DNA from: Candidatus Auribacterota bacterium
GTDB lineage: Bacteria > Auribacterota > JAFGBW01
Length of the DNA stretch: 41,814 bases
Direction: 5' to 3'
Assembly (NCBI GenBank): GCA_016932965.1
Contig: JAFGBW010000257.1
Location: 1-41,814, forward strand
The first letter of the stretch is position 1; every line of letters begins with the position of its first letter. The translations under genes and the position numbers were made by a program. Of the stretch, positions 9,450 through 19,201 are shown in pieces. A model generated the notes under the pieces. It had not been told where the DNA came from and ran no database searches. It saw only the letters and a list, made by a program, of their open reading frames with translations.

Positions 9450-9826
9450 TGATATTATTTCTCTTAACATTTCTGGAATTGTCAAACTTTACTAGTCCAA
9501 ATCCTGTGGCGGTGGTTTACCGGGTTAATTAATTTCCCATACTCCCGTCATTGTCAAATTTGACCAGAACACCAACAGAGACGGGTGATCCAGCGGATAA
9601 ATGAACATCCTGAATATACCCATTAGATTCATTGTTCTTTTTTTACGGATCTTACGGGCTCAAGGGAAGTTTTATCAAGAAAATATCTGGATAAACAAGA
9701 GTATGAATTGGTATGTTGTTCTTATAATCCCTTTTGATGACCGCGATGATTGAATATCGCTGACCATTAGCCATGGGGCAAAAATAGTGTCTTGAATATC
9801 CTCAATACAAAAAGGTCGTATGTGTC

Positions 9827-10213
9827 TTGATAAACAACCAGAAAAAAATACTGATCATCGAAGATGATGCCCTTTTTTCTCAAACTCTCAGGATCTTTTT
9901 TGAAAAAGAAGGAATGGAGGTTTCTGAATCTTCAACAGTCAAAGAATCCTTGGAAAAATGCAGGGAAATGAAGCCGGATTTCGTGATAGTGGACATCTGT
10001 CTTCCTGAGGAATTGGGCATCTCATTTTCTAAATCCGTTGGAGAAAAACCTGACTTATACGGCTCCCCCAAAATCATCGGGATATCCGGTCTAACCGGAG
10101 CTTTCCTTAAAGAGGGGGAGGAAAAATTAAAAAAATTCAATCTGCATTTCTTTTTAAAAAAACCATTTGAATTGAATGAATTAAAAAATCTCATAAATGA
10201 ATCTGTCTCTTGA
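9827..10213 (+). CDS. Single-domain response regulator (receiver)
   Basis: ILIIEDD, PDFVIVDICLP (phospho-Asp), IIGISG, FLKKPF; no output domain. Confidence 0.9.
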   Translation: MINNQKKILIIEDDALFSQTLRIFFEKEGMEVSESSTVKESLEKCREMKPDFVIVDICLPEELGISFSKSVGEKPDLYGSPKIIGISGLTGAFLKEGEEKLKKFNLHFFLKKPFELNELKNLINESVS

Positions 10214-10320
10214 TGAAAATAAAAAAAGTGGATTTCAAGCATGGGCATTGCCCTCAATTCAATCTCGCTTTTTTTATCAACAGTAAGACACTTTGAACTC
10301 ATACCATGAAGGAACAAGCC

Positions 10321-11067
10321 ATGGGATCAAAAAAAATCATCCGGACTGACGGCAGAAAACCAGACCAGATCAGACCGCTTGCTTTTGTTAATTCCCTTCA
10401 GACAAAAGCAACGGGTTCTGTGATCATGAAGATGGGCCAGACGGTCGTCAATTGTTCTGCCACCGTTGAAAAGACCGTCCCTTCTTTTTTAGACCCTGAA
10501 AAACAGGGATGGCTGACCTGCGAATATTCCATGCTGCCTGCTTCCGGAACCACACGGGTTCCACGAGAAGCCAGCAGAGGCAAACAATCCGGCCGAACCA
10601 TGGAAATTCAACGTCTGATAGGCCGCGCGCTCCGGGTTACGATTGATTTAAAAAAAATACCGGGAAAAACCATCTGGCTTGACTGTGATGTGATCCAGGC
10701 AGACGGCGGAACAAGAACCGCTTCCATCACAGGAGCATGCGTTGCCTTGAGGCTTGCTGTAAAAAAACTGCTCCAAACCAAAGAATTGACCAAGGATCCT
10801 TTGCTGGACAATGTGGCTGCCATCAGTCTGGGAATATTCAGGGGAACGCCGTTACTCGACATCAATTATGAAGAAGACAGTCAGGCAGACGTGGACATGA
10901 ATCTGGTGATGACTGAAAAAGGTCGTTTTGTGGAATTGCAAATGTCTTCAGAAGGCAATACGTTTACGCGAAAAGAAATGGATCGCCTTCTTGCCCTTGG
11001 CCATAAAGGGCTTCACCAGCTGTTTCTGGCCCAGAATAAATATCTGAATTCAATCATAAACGGGTAA
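10321..11067 (+). CDS. rph: Ribonuclease PH
   Basis: RTDGRKPDQIRP, GWLTCEYSMLP, GRTMEIQRLIGRALR, DCDVIQADGGTRTASITG, DVDMN; AAGGA precedes ATG 10321. Confidence 0.97.
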   Translation: MGSKKIIRTDGRKPDQIRPLAFVNSLQTKATGSVIMKMGQTVVNCSATVEKTVPSFLDPEKQGWLTCEYSMLPASGTTRVPREASRGKQSGRTMEIQRLIGRALRVTIDLKKIPGKTIWLDCDVIQADGGTRTASITGACVALRLAVKKLLQTKELTKDPLLDNVAAISLGIFRGTPLLDINYEEDSQADVDMNLVMTEKGRFVELQMSSEGNTFTRKEMDRLLALGHKGLHQLFLAQNKYLNSIING

Positions 11068-11142
11068 CATCAACCCTTATAAATGAATCCATTGTCAAAG
11101 TCATTGCGCAGATGAGAAGACCTTCCCTATTTGAAAAAGGGT

Positions 11143-12051
11143 TCAAGCTGCGTGTTCTCTCTGGCCTGCCGCTCCATAAACAGGTAAATCCGCGAAGAGA
11201 GCATTAGGCACAGCCAAGTCATGATCAAGAAGAAATTGAGCAAATCGATTGGCCATCAAAGTATTGCTGTCATAAATCTTAATGCCCGGCAATAATCGCT
11301 GAAGCCAGTGATAGATCCGGGTATAATGAGTACAGCCAAGAATAAGATGTTGGATGCCGTCTCTTTTAAACAGTTCAGCAGCCTTCTCAACAAGAGGGCG
11401 CAGTTGCTCATCTGAAACCTGTTCTTGAATAGCATCAATTAATTCCTGGCCATTGTAGGTCAGAATATTTTGATATCCATGATTCTTTTTAAGTAAATGA
11501 GGATAGGAATTGCCGTTGTTTGGATCAATCGAAATATCGGTTCCCATGACACCTATTTTGTCGTCCTGACCGCCTTTTAATGCAGCCAGGGTGACGTACA
11601 CCGGCGTATAGATGATCATTTTTCGGTGCCCGGTAATACTTCTGATGTAAGGAACAGCCCCCAGAAAAGTAAAAGTATTGCAGGCGACACAAAAGACATT
11701 GCTGCCATCGGCACCGAATTCCTGTACAGACCGCATGATCAACTGTTCCATAAGAAGCCTCTTTTCCCCCTTCGGTTTTCCCCCTATTGAATGTCCCAAT
11801 ACTAAGAGCTCGTATTGAAATCCTTTCCTCAGAGAGACCTGTTGTTCCAATAACATTTTCAGCTGTTCTGCCCCCATGCCCGAATCAATGATGAAGATCC
11901 TTCGAATCATGCTGGAAGGAGCCAGCGAATCTATCCTGCTCCGATGAGGTCCGTATTCTTCATATCGTAAACCCGCCTGTGCTGATATGGATCCTTGTAT
12001 CAGTAAAAAAATCATCATCGCAGACAGAAAAAAATAATCGATTCTCTTCAT
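11143..12051 (-). CDS. Glutamate-racemase-fold (Asp/Glu racemase family) protein with predicted signal peptide
   Basis: IIDSGMG, VACNT and ILGCTHY motifs (both catalytic Cys present); N-terminus MKR-hydrophobic stretch-SAQA. Confidence 0.8.
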   Translation of the reverse strand: MKRIDYFFLSAMMIFLLIQGSISAQAGLRYEEYGPHRSRIDSLAPSSMIRRIFIIDSGMGAEQLKMLLEQQVSLRKGFQYELLVLGHSIGGKPKGEKRLLMEQLIMRSVQEFGADGSNVFCVACNTFTFLGAVPYIRSITGHRKMIIYTPVYVTLAALKGGQDDKIGVMGTDISIDPNNGNSYPHLLKKNHGYQNILTYNGQELIDAIQEQVSDEQLRPLVEKAAELFKRDGIQHLILGCTHYTRIYHWLQRLLPGIKIYDSNTLMANRFAQFLLDHDLAVPNALFADLPVYGAAGQREHAA

Positions 12052-12237
12052 TTGTTATCTCTTCCCTAAATAAGACCACCAAAATAAATGAATTGAGACT
12101 CCATCTCTATACCGAATGTAATGCCAACATCATTCATACCTCATGATGGGTAAAAAATCAAATAGACCGGAATCCATTTTAATCTTAGCCTTGCATCGTG
12201 GAATCAGCTGAGATGAATGCCGTTAGAGAGGTCTCAT

Positions 12238-14640
12238 TCATTTTCCTGAACCGGAAGGAATCGATTTATTATCTGTCCCGGATTTAGAATCAGGTTTCCT
12301 GCTTTGATTGAGCATCGCGATGAGAGATTCCGGTAATTGAGATTCGCCGGTTATTTCGCTTTTATTCTTTTCCGCCCATGCATTGGATTGTTCGCGGATG
12401 ATTTTCATCTGGGGAGTGTCTTGCAGGGCCTCGTTTTCTTCCGACGTAAGGGAAATGATCGGCGTGCCGAGAGAATTGAACAAAATCACCTGGCCTTTTC
12501 TCAAAGATTCCTGGCCGGTCTGGGGATTGGAAAGCGAATAAACCGGATCCTGTCCGAAAAGCTCACTTTTAAACTGTTCATATTCCGGATTATTCGGCTC
12601 GATTTTACAGGCCTTAAGGGCGAACAAACGGGCCAATTCCTTTTGTTCCAGCTCTCTCACACATCTGGCTTTCAGGAAAAAAAACCGGGCATCATCATCG
12701 ATGGTCATGATATGTTTACGAAGCACCTGATCCGCCTCGGCATATTTTTTTGACTGAATCAGCGATTCTGCCTCTTTTAGAATCTTTTCCACGTCCAGCT
12801 CCAGCTTTGTTTTTACAGAAAGAAGACGGGAATTTGAAGGTTCCAGTTCCAAGGCCCTGTTGATGGATTCCAGCCCCTCTTTTTTCTGTTTAAGATGATA
12901 ATAACAGACGGCTTTGGCATGATGAAGCCCGGCTATGTCCTGACGAAGAGTCAGCAGGGTGTCGATCTCGGCAAGAGCCTCGTTGTACTTTTGATCGTCC
13001 ATCATTTTTTGGACCTGGTTCATCCGGCTTGAAATAACGGACATCTTGTAATACTTGGACCCGGGTTGGCTGTCCCCTTCCAGTTTTTCCTTGATGATTT
13101 GAATGTTACGATTATCCGGGGCCAGCTCAGAAGCTTTCTGAATGGCCTGAAGACCTCTGTCAACCTGATTTTGATATAAATGACAGATGGCCTTTGCATG
13201 ATAAAGGCTAGCGATATCCTGCCGGTAAGAAAGACCTTCTTCGATTTTTTTCATGGCCTCTTCATACCGGTCATGATTGATCAAATCCTGAACATCCCTG
13301 AGGATTTTCTGGATTTCCGCCTGCTTATAATTTTTGCTTCCCGGTTCATTTTCCAACTCCATTTTGCATCTTAAAATCCGGATGGAATCATCCTTGGGAT
13401 CCAGTTTTTCCGCCTCCCGGATCGAAAGAAGCGCTTCATCCCTTCTTCCAAGATTATAAAGACAGACCGCTCTGGCATAATGCAGATGAGAAAGATCGGG
13501 GCGTTCTTTTAAAAGAGATTCCGTGCGGTTCAACGCGGCCTGGTTTTGATTGGAACGGATCAAATTCTGGATTTTTTTAAGACCTTCCTCGATTTCAGTT
13601 TGTTTATAAAACCGGGATTGGGGATCATTTTCCAATTTAGCCACACACCTTCGGCAAATTTTTTTTCCGTCTATCTCAAAATACCGGTTGTCCTGAAACG
13701 CCAAACCGCAGAATTCACATTTGTTGCCCTTCACATTCTGCACCTTGCCCGGACCCAGCCAGAACAATCCGCCGCCGCCTGTTTTGGAACGGTACCCGAG
13801 TTCTCCGGAAATGATCTGGTTGGTTTTTTGATCCTTGACCACAGGTTCCCACTTCGAATGTTCTTTCTTGCATTCCAGGCGGTAACGCCCGCCCGGATCG
13901 GCAACAAATTCAACCAGTAAGAAATTTTCAGAAGTCTGGTAGGTTCTGTAACCGGTGGATTGATAATAATTGCACTCAATCACATGACGTCCGGGGAACA
14001 GCAAAACATGGCGTATCTCCGCCGGACCAGTTAGAGCCAGATTCGAAGATATTGGGCTTCCTGGAATAGTAACCTTCTCCATTTTATTGGTTTTAGGATT
14101 GAAGATCTCTATAGTCTGCTTTTCCGGTTCAGGTGTTTTACGTTCTTCTTTTTTCACCACAATCCGGTGATGTCTTTTAAAATAACTGTTCTTCTCGCCC
14201 GGAAACGGATAACCGTCAATTTTATGGATGCTCATCCCACGCAGATGGGAATAATCCAGAACAGCGCTCTGGCCGACCAGTTTCTCATATTCCTTTCTGG
14301 CCTCTTCCTTCTTTTTCTCCTGTTCCAGCTTTTCAGTTTCCTCGAATTCTTTTTTCCCCCGGGCAGAAAGCTTTTTAAGCGCTGCTTTTCTTTTTTTGAT
14401 ATACTCCTTATGAAGGAGGGCATCCTCCTTTTTCTCCTTTTTGAGCATCTCACGGGTCAGATAATGGTCTTGCCTGGAAGCCTCCTTTAAAAGCTGCTCC
14501 CAGGAATGGGAAACAGCAGCGGCTGCCGGTACGAGTAAAAAAAGGACCCCGATAAGAACCCCCGGAAAAATCCGGACTGCTAATACAGGAAAAAAACCGG
14601 AAAAAAACCGACCTGATAAAAAAAAACAACGCAACTTCAT
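12238..14640 (-). CDS. Large exported or anchored TPR-repeat protein with a CxxC..CxxC module
   Basis: Hydrophobic N-terminus ending VPAAAA, charged coiled coil, CEFC..CRRC, three exact-length 93-aa TPR-containing repeats plus a degenerate fourth. Confidence 0.75.
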   Translation of the reverse strand: MKLRCFFLSGRFFSGFFPVLAVRIFPGVLIGVLFLLVPAAAAVSHSWEQLLKEASRQDHYLTREMLKKEKKEDALLHKEYIKKRKAALKKLSARGKKEFEETEKLEQEKKKEEARKEYEKLVGQSAVLDYSHLRGMSIHKIDGYPFPGEKNSYFKRHHRIVVKKEERKTPEPEKQTIEIFNPKTNKMEKVTIPGSPISSNLALTGPAEIRHVLLFPGRHVIECNYYQSTGYRTYQTSENFLLVEFVADPGGRYRLECKKEHSKWEPVVKDQKTNQIISGELGYRSKTGGGGLFWLGPGKVQNVKGNKCEFCGLAFQDNRYFEIDGKKICRRCVAKLENDPQSRFYKQTEIEEGLKKIQNLIRSNQNQAALNRTESLLKERPDLSHLHYARAVCLYNLGRRDEALLSIREAEKLDPKDDSIRILRCKMELENEPGSKNYKQAEIQKILRDVQDLINHDRYEEAMKKIEEGLSYRQDIASLYHAKAICHLYQNQVDRGLQAIQKASELAPDNRNIQIIKEKLEGDSQPGSKYYKMSVISSRMNQVQKMMDDQKYNEALAEIDTLLTLRQDIAGLHHAKAVCYYHLKQKKEGLESINRALELEPSNSRLLSVKTKLELDVEKILKEAESLIQSKKYAEADQVLRKHIMTIDDDARFFFLKARCVRELEQKELARLFALKACKIEPNNPEYEQFKSELFGQDPVYSLSNPQTGQESLRKGQVILFNSLGTPIISLTSEENEALQDTPQMKIIREQSNAWAEKNKSEITGESQLPESLIAMLNQSRKPDSKSGTDNKSIPSGSGK

Positions 14641-14738
14641 AGACCCTGCTCCTCATTGTTTTTAGAAAACCAACAACCGGAGAACTTGATTTCCGGTCTC
14701 ATCACGAAAAGAAATCCCGGCCGGAAGATCTCTGATTT

Positions 14739-15665
14739 TCAATACACTTGAGTCAGCCAGCCGAAGTTATCCTTGGTTTCCTGACGCAGTAGCCTGAAAA
14801 AACCTTCCTGGAGCTGTTGGGTCACAGGACCTCTTTTTCCTTGTCCAATCTGGATCCTATCCACAGAGCAGACCGGGGTGATTTCAGCAGCCGTTCCGGT
14901 GAGGAAAACCTCATCAGCCATGTACAAAGCCTCTCTGGGGACATTCTGCTGCTTGACAGTCAGTCCCATCTCCCTTGCAAGAAGGATAATAGAATGACGG
15001 GTGATGCCGGGCAGGATGGAAGAACCTGTGGTTGGAGTGAAAATCTTCCCGTTTTTTACCAAAAACAGGTTTTCTCCGGACCCCTCGCTCAATAGACCCT
15101 GATGATCCAAGGCAATTCCCTCACCATAACCGTCGCCTATAGCTTCCATTTTAATCAGCTGGGAATTCAAATAATTACCGCCTGCCTTTGCCATAGATGG
15201 CAAGGTATTGGGCGCCATTCGATTCCAGGTGGACACTTTCACTTCAATCCCTTTTTCCAGGGCCTCCTGGCCGAGATAGGCCCCCCAACTCCAGCATATA
15301 CAAGCTGTTTCTACCGGACTGTCGAAAGGAATGAGTCCGAACGCGCCGAATCCGCGATAAATGATAGGACGTATGTAACAGTCCTTCATTTTATTTTCCC
15401 TGACCAGATTCACGGCCATATCACATAACTGTTCCACATTATAATTCACATTCATGCGATAAACCTTGGCTGAATCCAAAAGACGCTGCATATGATCCCG
15501 GAGTCTGAAAATCACGGAATTATTTTTTGCTTCATAGCACCGGATACCTTCAAAAACAGAAGAACCGTAATGAATCACATGAGACATGATATGAATCTGA
15601 CATTCTTCCCAGTTCCGAAAACCACCATTCATCCATATCTTCTTGCCTGTCGTGACATTTGCCAT
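14739..15665 (-). CDS. ilvE: Branched-chain amino acid aminotransferase
   Basis: [24 protein letters not shown] (PLP Lys), [23 protein letters not shown]. Confidence 0.97.
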   Translation of the reverse strand: MANVTTGKKIWMNGGFRNWEECQIHIMSHVIHYGSSVFEGIRCYEAKNNSVIFRLRDHMQRLLDSAKVYRMNVNYNVEQLCDMAVNLVRENKMKDCYIRPIIYRGFGAFGLIPFDSPVETACICWSWGAYLGQEALEKGIEVKVSTWNRMAPNTLPSMAKAGGNYLNSQLIKMEAIGDGYGEGIALDHQGLLSEGSGENLFLVKNGKIFTPTTGSSILPGITRHSIILLAREMGLTVKQQNVPREALYMADEVFLTGTAAEITPVCSVDRIQIGQGKRGPVTQQLQEGFFRLLRQETKDNFGWLTQVY

Positions 15666-15996
15666 TTTCTTCTCCTGTTATCAATCTTGAGTTTGAATGA
15701 ATGATAAAAATTATATCAATTCTTTGAAATCGTCTAGAGGAAAAGAATTGATTCTTATTCCGTATTTTGTGTAAACTCTTCCCATTACAGGATCCTGGCA
15801 ATTCTTATAAGAGAATCATCTTGTTATTATAAACGGATTGGGATCCCATGAAATATCCGAAAAACACGTAACCGGATAAATTTTTCGTGTGTTTTATTTA
15901 TTTCGTTGTTAATAAATAGGCAACAACCTATTGATTTTTTACTTAGCGCTCATGAAACGGCGCCTATGGATAACCGGGGGGATTAGGAGAAAAAAC

Positions 15997-16299
15997 ATGT
16001 CTGATTCTAAACAAATTGTCAATCATGTGGAAAAACTGGCGTTACTGGAAATCAGTCCAGAAGAAAAAGACCGGTTTTCGGAACAGATCGGAAAAATCCT
16101 GAAATTCGTAGAAAAGTTAAATGAATTGGACACAACGAAAATCAAACCGACTTCCCATATCCTGCCTGTCCAAAACGTGACTCGGCGTGATTCCCCGGTT
16201 CCTTCCATTTCCAGGGAAAATGTGATAAAACTAGCTCCGGAAGCCAACAATGAATTTTACATCGTTCCACCCGTGATTCAGGAATTCCAAGAAGCTTAG
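15997..16299 (+). CDS. gatC: Asp/Glu-tRNA amidotransferase subunit C
   Basis: HVEKLALLE, LNELDT..KPTSH, NVTRRD, YIVPPVI; AGGAG before ATG 15997; precedes gatA. Confidence 0.93.
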   Translation: MSDSKQIVNHVEKLALLEISPEEKDRFSEQIGKILKFVEKLNELDTTKIKPTSHILPVQNVTRRDSPVPSISRENVIKLAPEANNEFYIVPPVIQEFQEA

Positions 16300-16313
16300 A
16301 AAGAGACACTACA

Positions 16314-17771
16314 ATGAGCCTGACATCAAAAACTATTCAGGAATTACATTCTCTTTACCGTTCGAAAAAAACCTCTGTTCAGGATGTTGTTGAAGCTTCA
16401 TTAAAACGCATTGAAGAAACCAATTATCATTTAAATTCCTTTTCCCATATCTGCAGGGAAAGTGCTCTGGCAGAAGCAAAAAAACTGGATGCCGCCGGCA
16501 TGCCTGAAAATGCTTCCATGATGTGGGGCATCCCTGTTGGAGTTAAAGACAACATGTGCATCAAAGGCCTTCCTGCGACCTGCGGCTCAAAAATACTTAA
16601 AAATTATATCTCGCCTTATGACGGGGCCATGGGAGTCTGCCTCAAAAAAGCAGGCAGTGTGGTCATGGGAAGCTGCCATATGGATGAATTTGCCATGGGT
16701 TCCTCTTGCGAAAACAATGCTTTTGTTAAGGTAAAAAATCCTTATGACCTGGAAAGGGTTCCCGGAGGGTCCAGCGGCGGAAGCGCCGCAGCCGTTGCTT
16801 CCAGCCAGGTTATTGTGTCTTTGGGATCCGATACCGGAGGATCGATCCGTCAGCCAGCCTCTTTCTGCGGCGTGGTCGGTTTGAAACCCACTTACGGCCT
16901 GGTTTCCCGTTTCGGATTGGTGGCTTTTGCCTCCTCTTTAGATCAGATCGGTCCCTTTGCACGCTGCGTGGAAGATGCCGCATTTTTACTTCAATCTATT
17001 GCCGGCCATGACAAAAAAGATTCCACTTCCTATGATTACACGCCTCCGGATTATTCCAAGGACCTGAAAAATGACATCAAAGGAATTAAAATCGGCCTTC
17101 CGAAGGAATATTTCACCGACGGTATTCCTGCAGATATCTTAACATGCATCGATAAAGCCAAAAAGGTCTTCTGTGATCTGGGAGCTGAACTGGTTGAAAT
17201 TTCCCTTCCCCACACCCAATATGCCATTGCAACTTATTACATTCTTGCCACTGCCGAAGCCAGCGCCAACCTGGCCAGATTCGACGGTGTCCGATATGGA
17301 TACCGTAACAAAGAAGCCGCAACCTTGAAGGAACTATACATCCGAAGCCGGAGTGAAGGTTTCGGCCCGGAAGTAAAAAGGAGAATCATTACCGGCACAT
17401 TTGTACTCTCATCCGGATATTATGATGCTTACTATTTAAAAGGACAAAAAGTACGTACTCTGGTCAAACAGGATTTTGATCAGGCATTTCGAAAAGCGGA
17501 TGTGATTCTCACTCCAACTTCTCCCTGCACTGCTTTTCAATTCGGCGAAAAAATTGACGACCCCATCAGCATGTATTTGTCTGACATCTTCACTGTTTCT
17601 GTAAATCTGGCCGGACTCCCTGGAATTTCTCTGCCCTGCGGGACGGATGATAAAAAACTGCCTGTAGGATTACAATTGATCGGCCCATCACTGGGTGAAG
17701 CACGATTGTTGAATGCGGCGTATCAATTTGAAAAAGTGTGTCCCCCTCTAGGAATTGAATTGAAGGTATGA
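16314..17771 (+). CDS. gatA: Asp/Glu-tRNA amidotransferase subunit A
   Basis: Amidase signature PGGSSGGSAAAV..GSDTGGSIRQPA; NLARFDGVRYG; EVKRRI. Confidence 0.98.
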   Translation: MSLTSKTIQELHSLYRSKKTSVQDVVEASLKRIEETNYHLNSFSHICRESALAEAKKLDAAGMPENASMMWGIPVGVKDNMCIKGLPATCGSKILKNYISPYDGAMGVCLKKAGSVVMGSCHMDEFAMGSSCENNAFVKVKNPYDLERVPGGSSGGSAAAVASSQVIVSLGSDTGGSIRQPASFCGVVGLKPTYGLVSRFGLVAFASSLDQIGPFARCVEDAAFLLQSIAGHDKKDSTSYDYTPPDYSKDLKNDIKGIKIGLPKEYFTDGIPADILTCIDKAKKVFCDLGAELVEISLPHTQYAIATYYILATAEASANLARFDGVRYGYRNKEAATLKELYIRSRSEGFGPEVKRRIITGTFVLSSGYYDAYYLKGQKVRTLVKQDFDQAFRKADVILTPTSPCTAFQFGEKIDDPISMYLSDIFTVSVNLAGLPGISLPCGTDDKKLPVGLQLIGPSLGEARLLNAAYQFEKVCPPLGIELKV

Positions 17772-19201
17772 TCATGAATACGGATTTTGAACCAGTCATC
17801 GGATTAGAAGTGCATGTTCAGCTGAATACCAAAACTAAAATTTTCTGCGGCTGTTCCACGAAGTTTGGACTGCTCCCCAATACATCCATCTGTCCGGTAT
17901 GTCTCGGATATCCCGGTGTTTTGCCTGTCATGAATGAAGAGGTGGTTCGCTCGGCAGTGAAAGTCTGCCTGATGATGGATTTCATGATCAATACTTACAG
18001 CAGAATGGACAGGAAAAATTATTTTTATCCTGATCTTCCAAAAGGATATCAGATTTCCCAGTTCGATAACCCCATTGGAGTGAAGGGCAAGCTTTCCATT
18101 GATACCGATGAGGGAAAGAAAGAAATCGGCATCACCCGAATCCATATCGAAGAGGATGCCGGCAAGCTCATTCACGGAGACGGAGTCAGCTATGTGGATT
18201 TCAACCGAACCGGGGTACCCCTTCTTGAAATCGTGAGTGAACCGGACATCAGGAGCTCCAAAGAAGCTTATTTATATTTAAAAAAACTCAAACAAATACT
18301 GGAATACACCAAAATTTCCGATTGCAACATGGAAGAAGGTTCCCTGCGCTGCGACGCCAATGTCTCCATCCGGCCGAAAGGTCAGGCTCAATTCGGAACC
18401 AAGACAGAAATCAAAAACCTGAATTCCTTCAAATTTGTTCAAAAAGCCCTGGACTATGAGATAGAAAGGCAAATGAATGTACTGAAAGAGGGAGGAACCA
18501 TCAGCCAGGAAACCCGGCTTTTCGATTCCGGAACTGGTAAAACGAAAACCATGCGTTCCAAGGAAGAAGCCCATGATTATCATTATTTTCCTGAACCGGA
18601 TCTGCTTCCGATCATGGTTTCGGAAGGCATGATCAAAGAGGCGACATTCTCTTTACCGGAAAAGCCTGATGATAAATGCGCTCGTTTTGAAAAACAATAC
18701 GGCCTTCCCGCTTACGATGCATCCGTCTTGACAGCTGATCCTTCCACGGCCGATTATTACGAAGAATGTGCGAAATTCTGTTCCAATTATAAGATGATCA
18801 GCAACTGGATGATGGGCGAATGGTTGCGTGAATTAAATGAACGTTCTGTCTCAGCCGTTGATTCCCCTGTTTTGGCGAAGGATCTGGCAGGCTTGCTTAA
18901 TATGATTGAAAATGGTAAAATTAGCGGTAAAATAGCCAAGGAAATTTTTCCCGAGATGGTGAAAACCGGCAAAACCGCTGAACAGATCGTTCAGGAAAAA
19001 GGCCTGACCGTCATTTCTGATACAGGGGCGATTGAAACCATGATCAAAGAGGTTTTAGGGAAAAATGAAAAATCGGTTCAGGATTATAAAAATGGTAAGA
19101 AAGGGGTCTTGGGGTTTTTAATCGGGCAGGTGATGAAAGCCTCAAAAGGAAAGGCGGACCCGAAAAAAGTCAATGAATTAATGGAGAAAATTCTGTCATG
19201 A
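17768..19201 (+). CDS. gatB: Asp/Glu-tRNA amidotransferase subunit B
   Basis: IGLEVHVQL, RKNYFYPDLPKGYQISQ, HIEEDAGK, EGSLRCDAN, YFPEPDL. Confidence 0.98.
   Translation: MIMNTDFEPVIGLEVHVQLNTKTKIFCGCSTKFGLLPNTSICPVCLGYPGVLPVMNEEVVRSAVKVCLMMDFMINTYSRMDRKNYFYPDLPKGYQISQFDNPIGVKGKLSIDTDEGKKEIGITRIHIEEDAGKLIHGDGVSYVDFNRTGVPLLEIVSEPDIRSSKEAYLYLKKLKQILEYTKISDCNMEEGSLRCDANVSIRPKGQAQFGTKTEIKNLNSFKFVQKALDYEIERQMNVLKEGGTISQETRLFDSGTGKTKTMRSKEEAHDYHYFPEPDLLPIMVSEGMIKEATFSLPEKPDDKCARFEKQYGLPAYDASVLTADPSTADYYEECAKFCSNYKMISNWMMGEWLRELNERSVSAVDSPVLAKDLAGLLNMIENGKISGKIAKEIFPEMVKTGKTAEQIVQEKGLTVISDTGAIETMIKEVLGKNEKSVQDYKNGKKGVLGFLIGQVMKASKGKADPKKVNELMEKILS

Noticed and set aside
9530-9826. Possible ncRNA or further REP-like element (GTCATTGTCAAATTTGACC..GATCCAG)
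   Set aside because: Too degenerate; I could not establish a consistent stem or a family.
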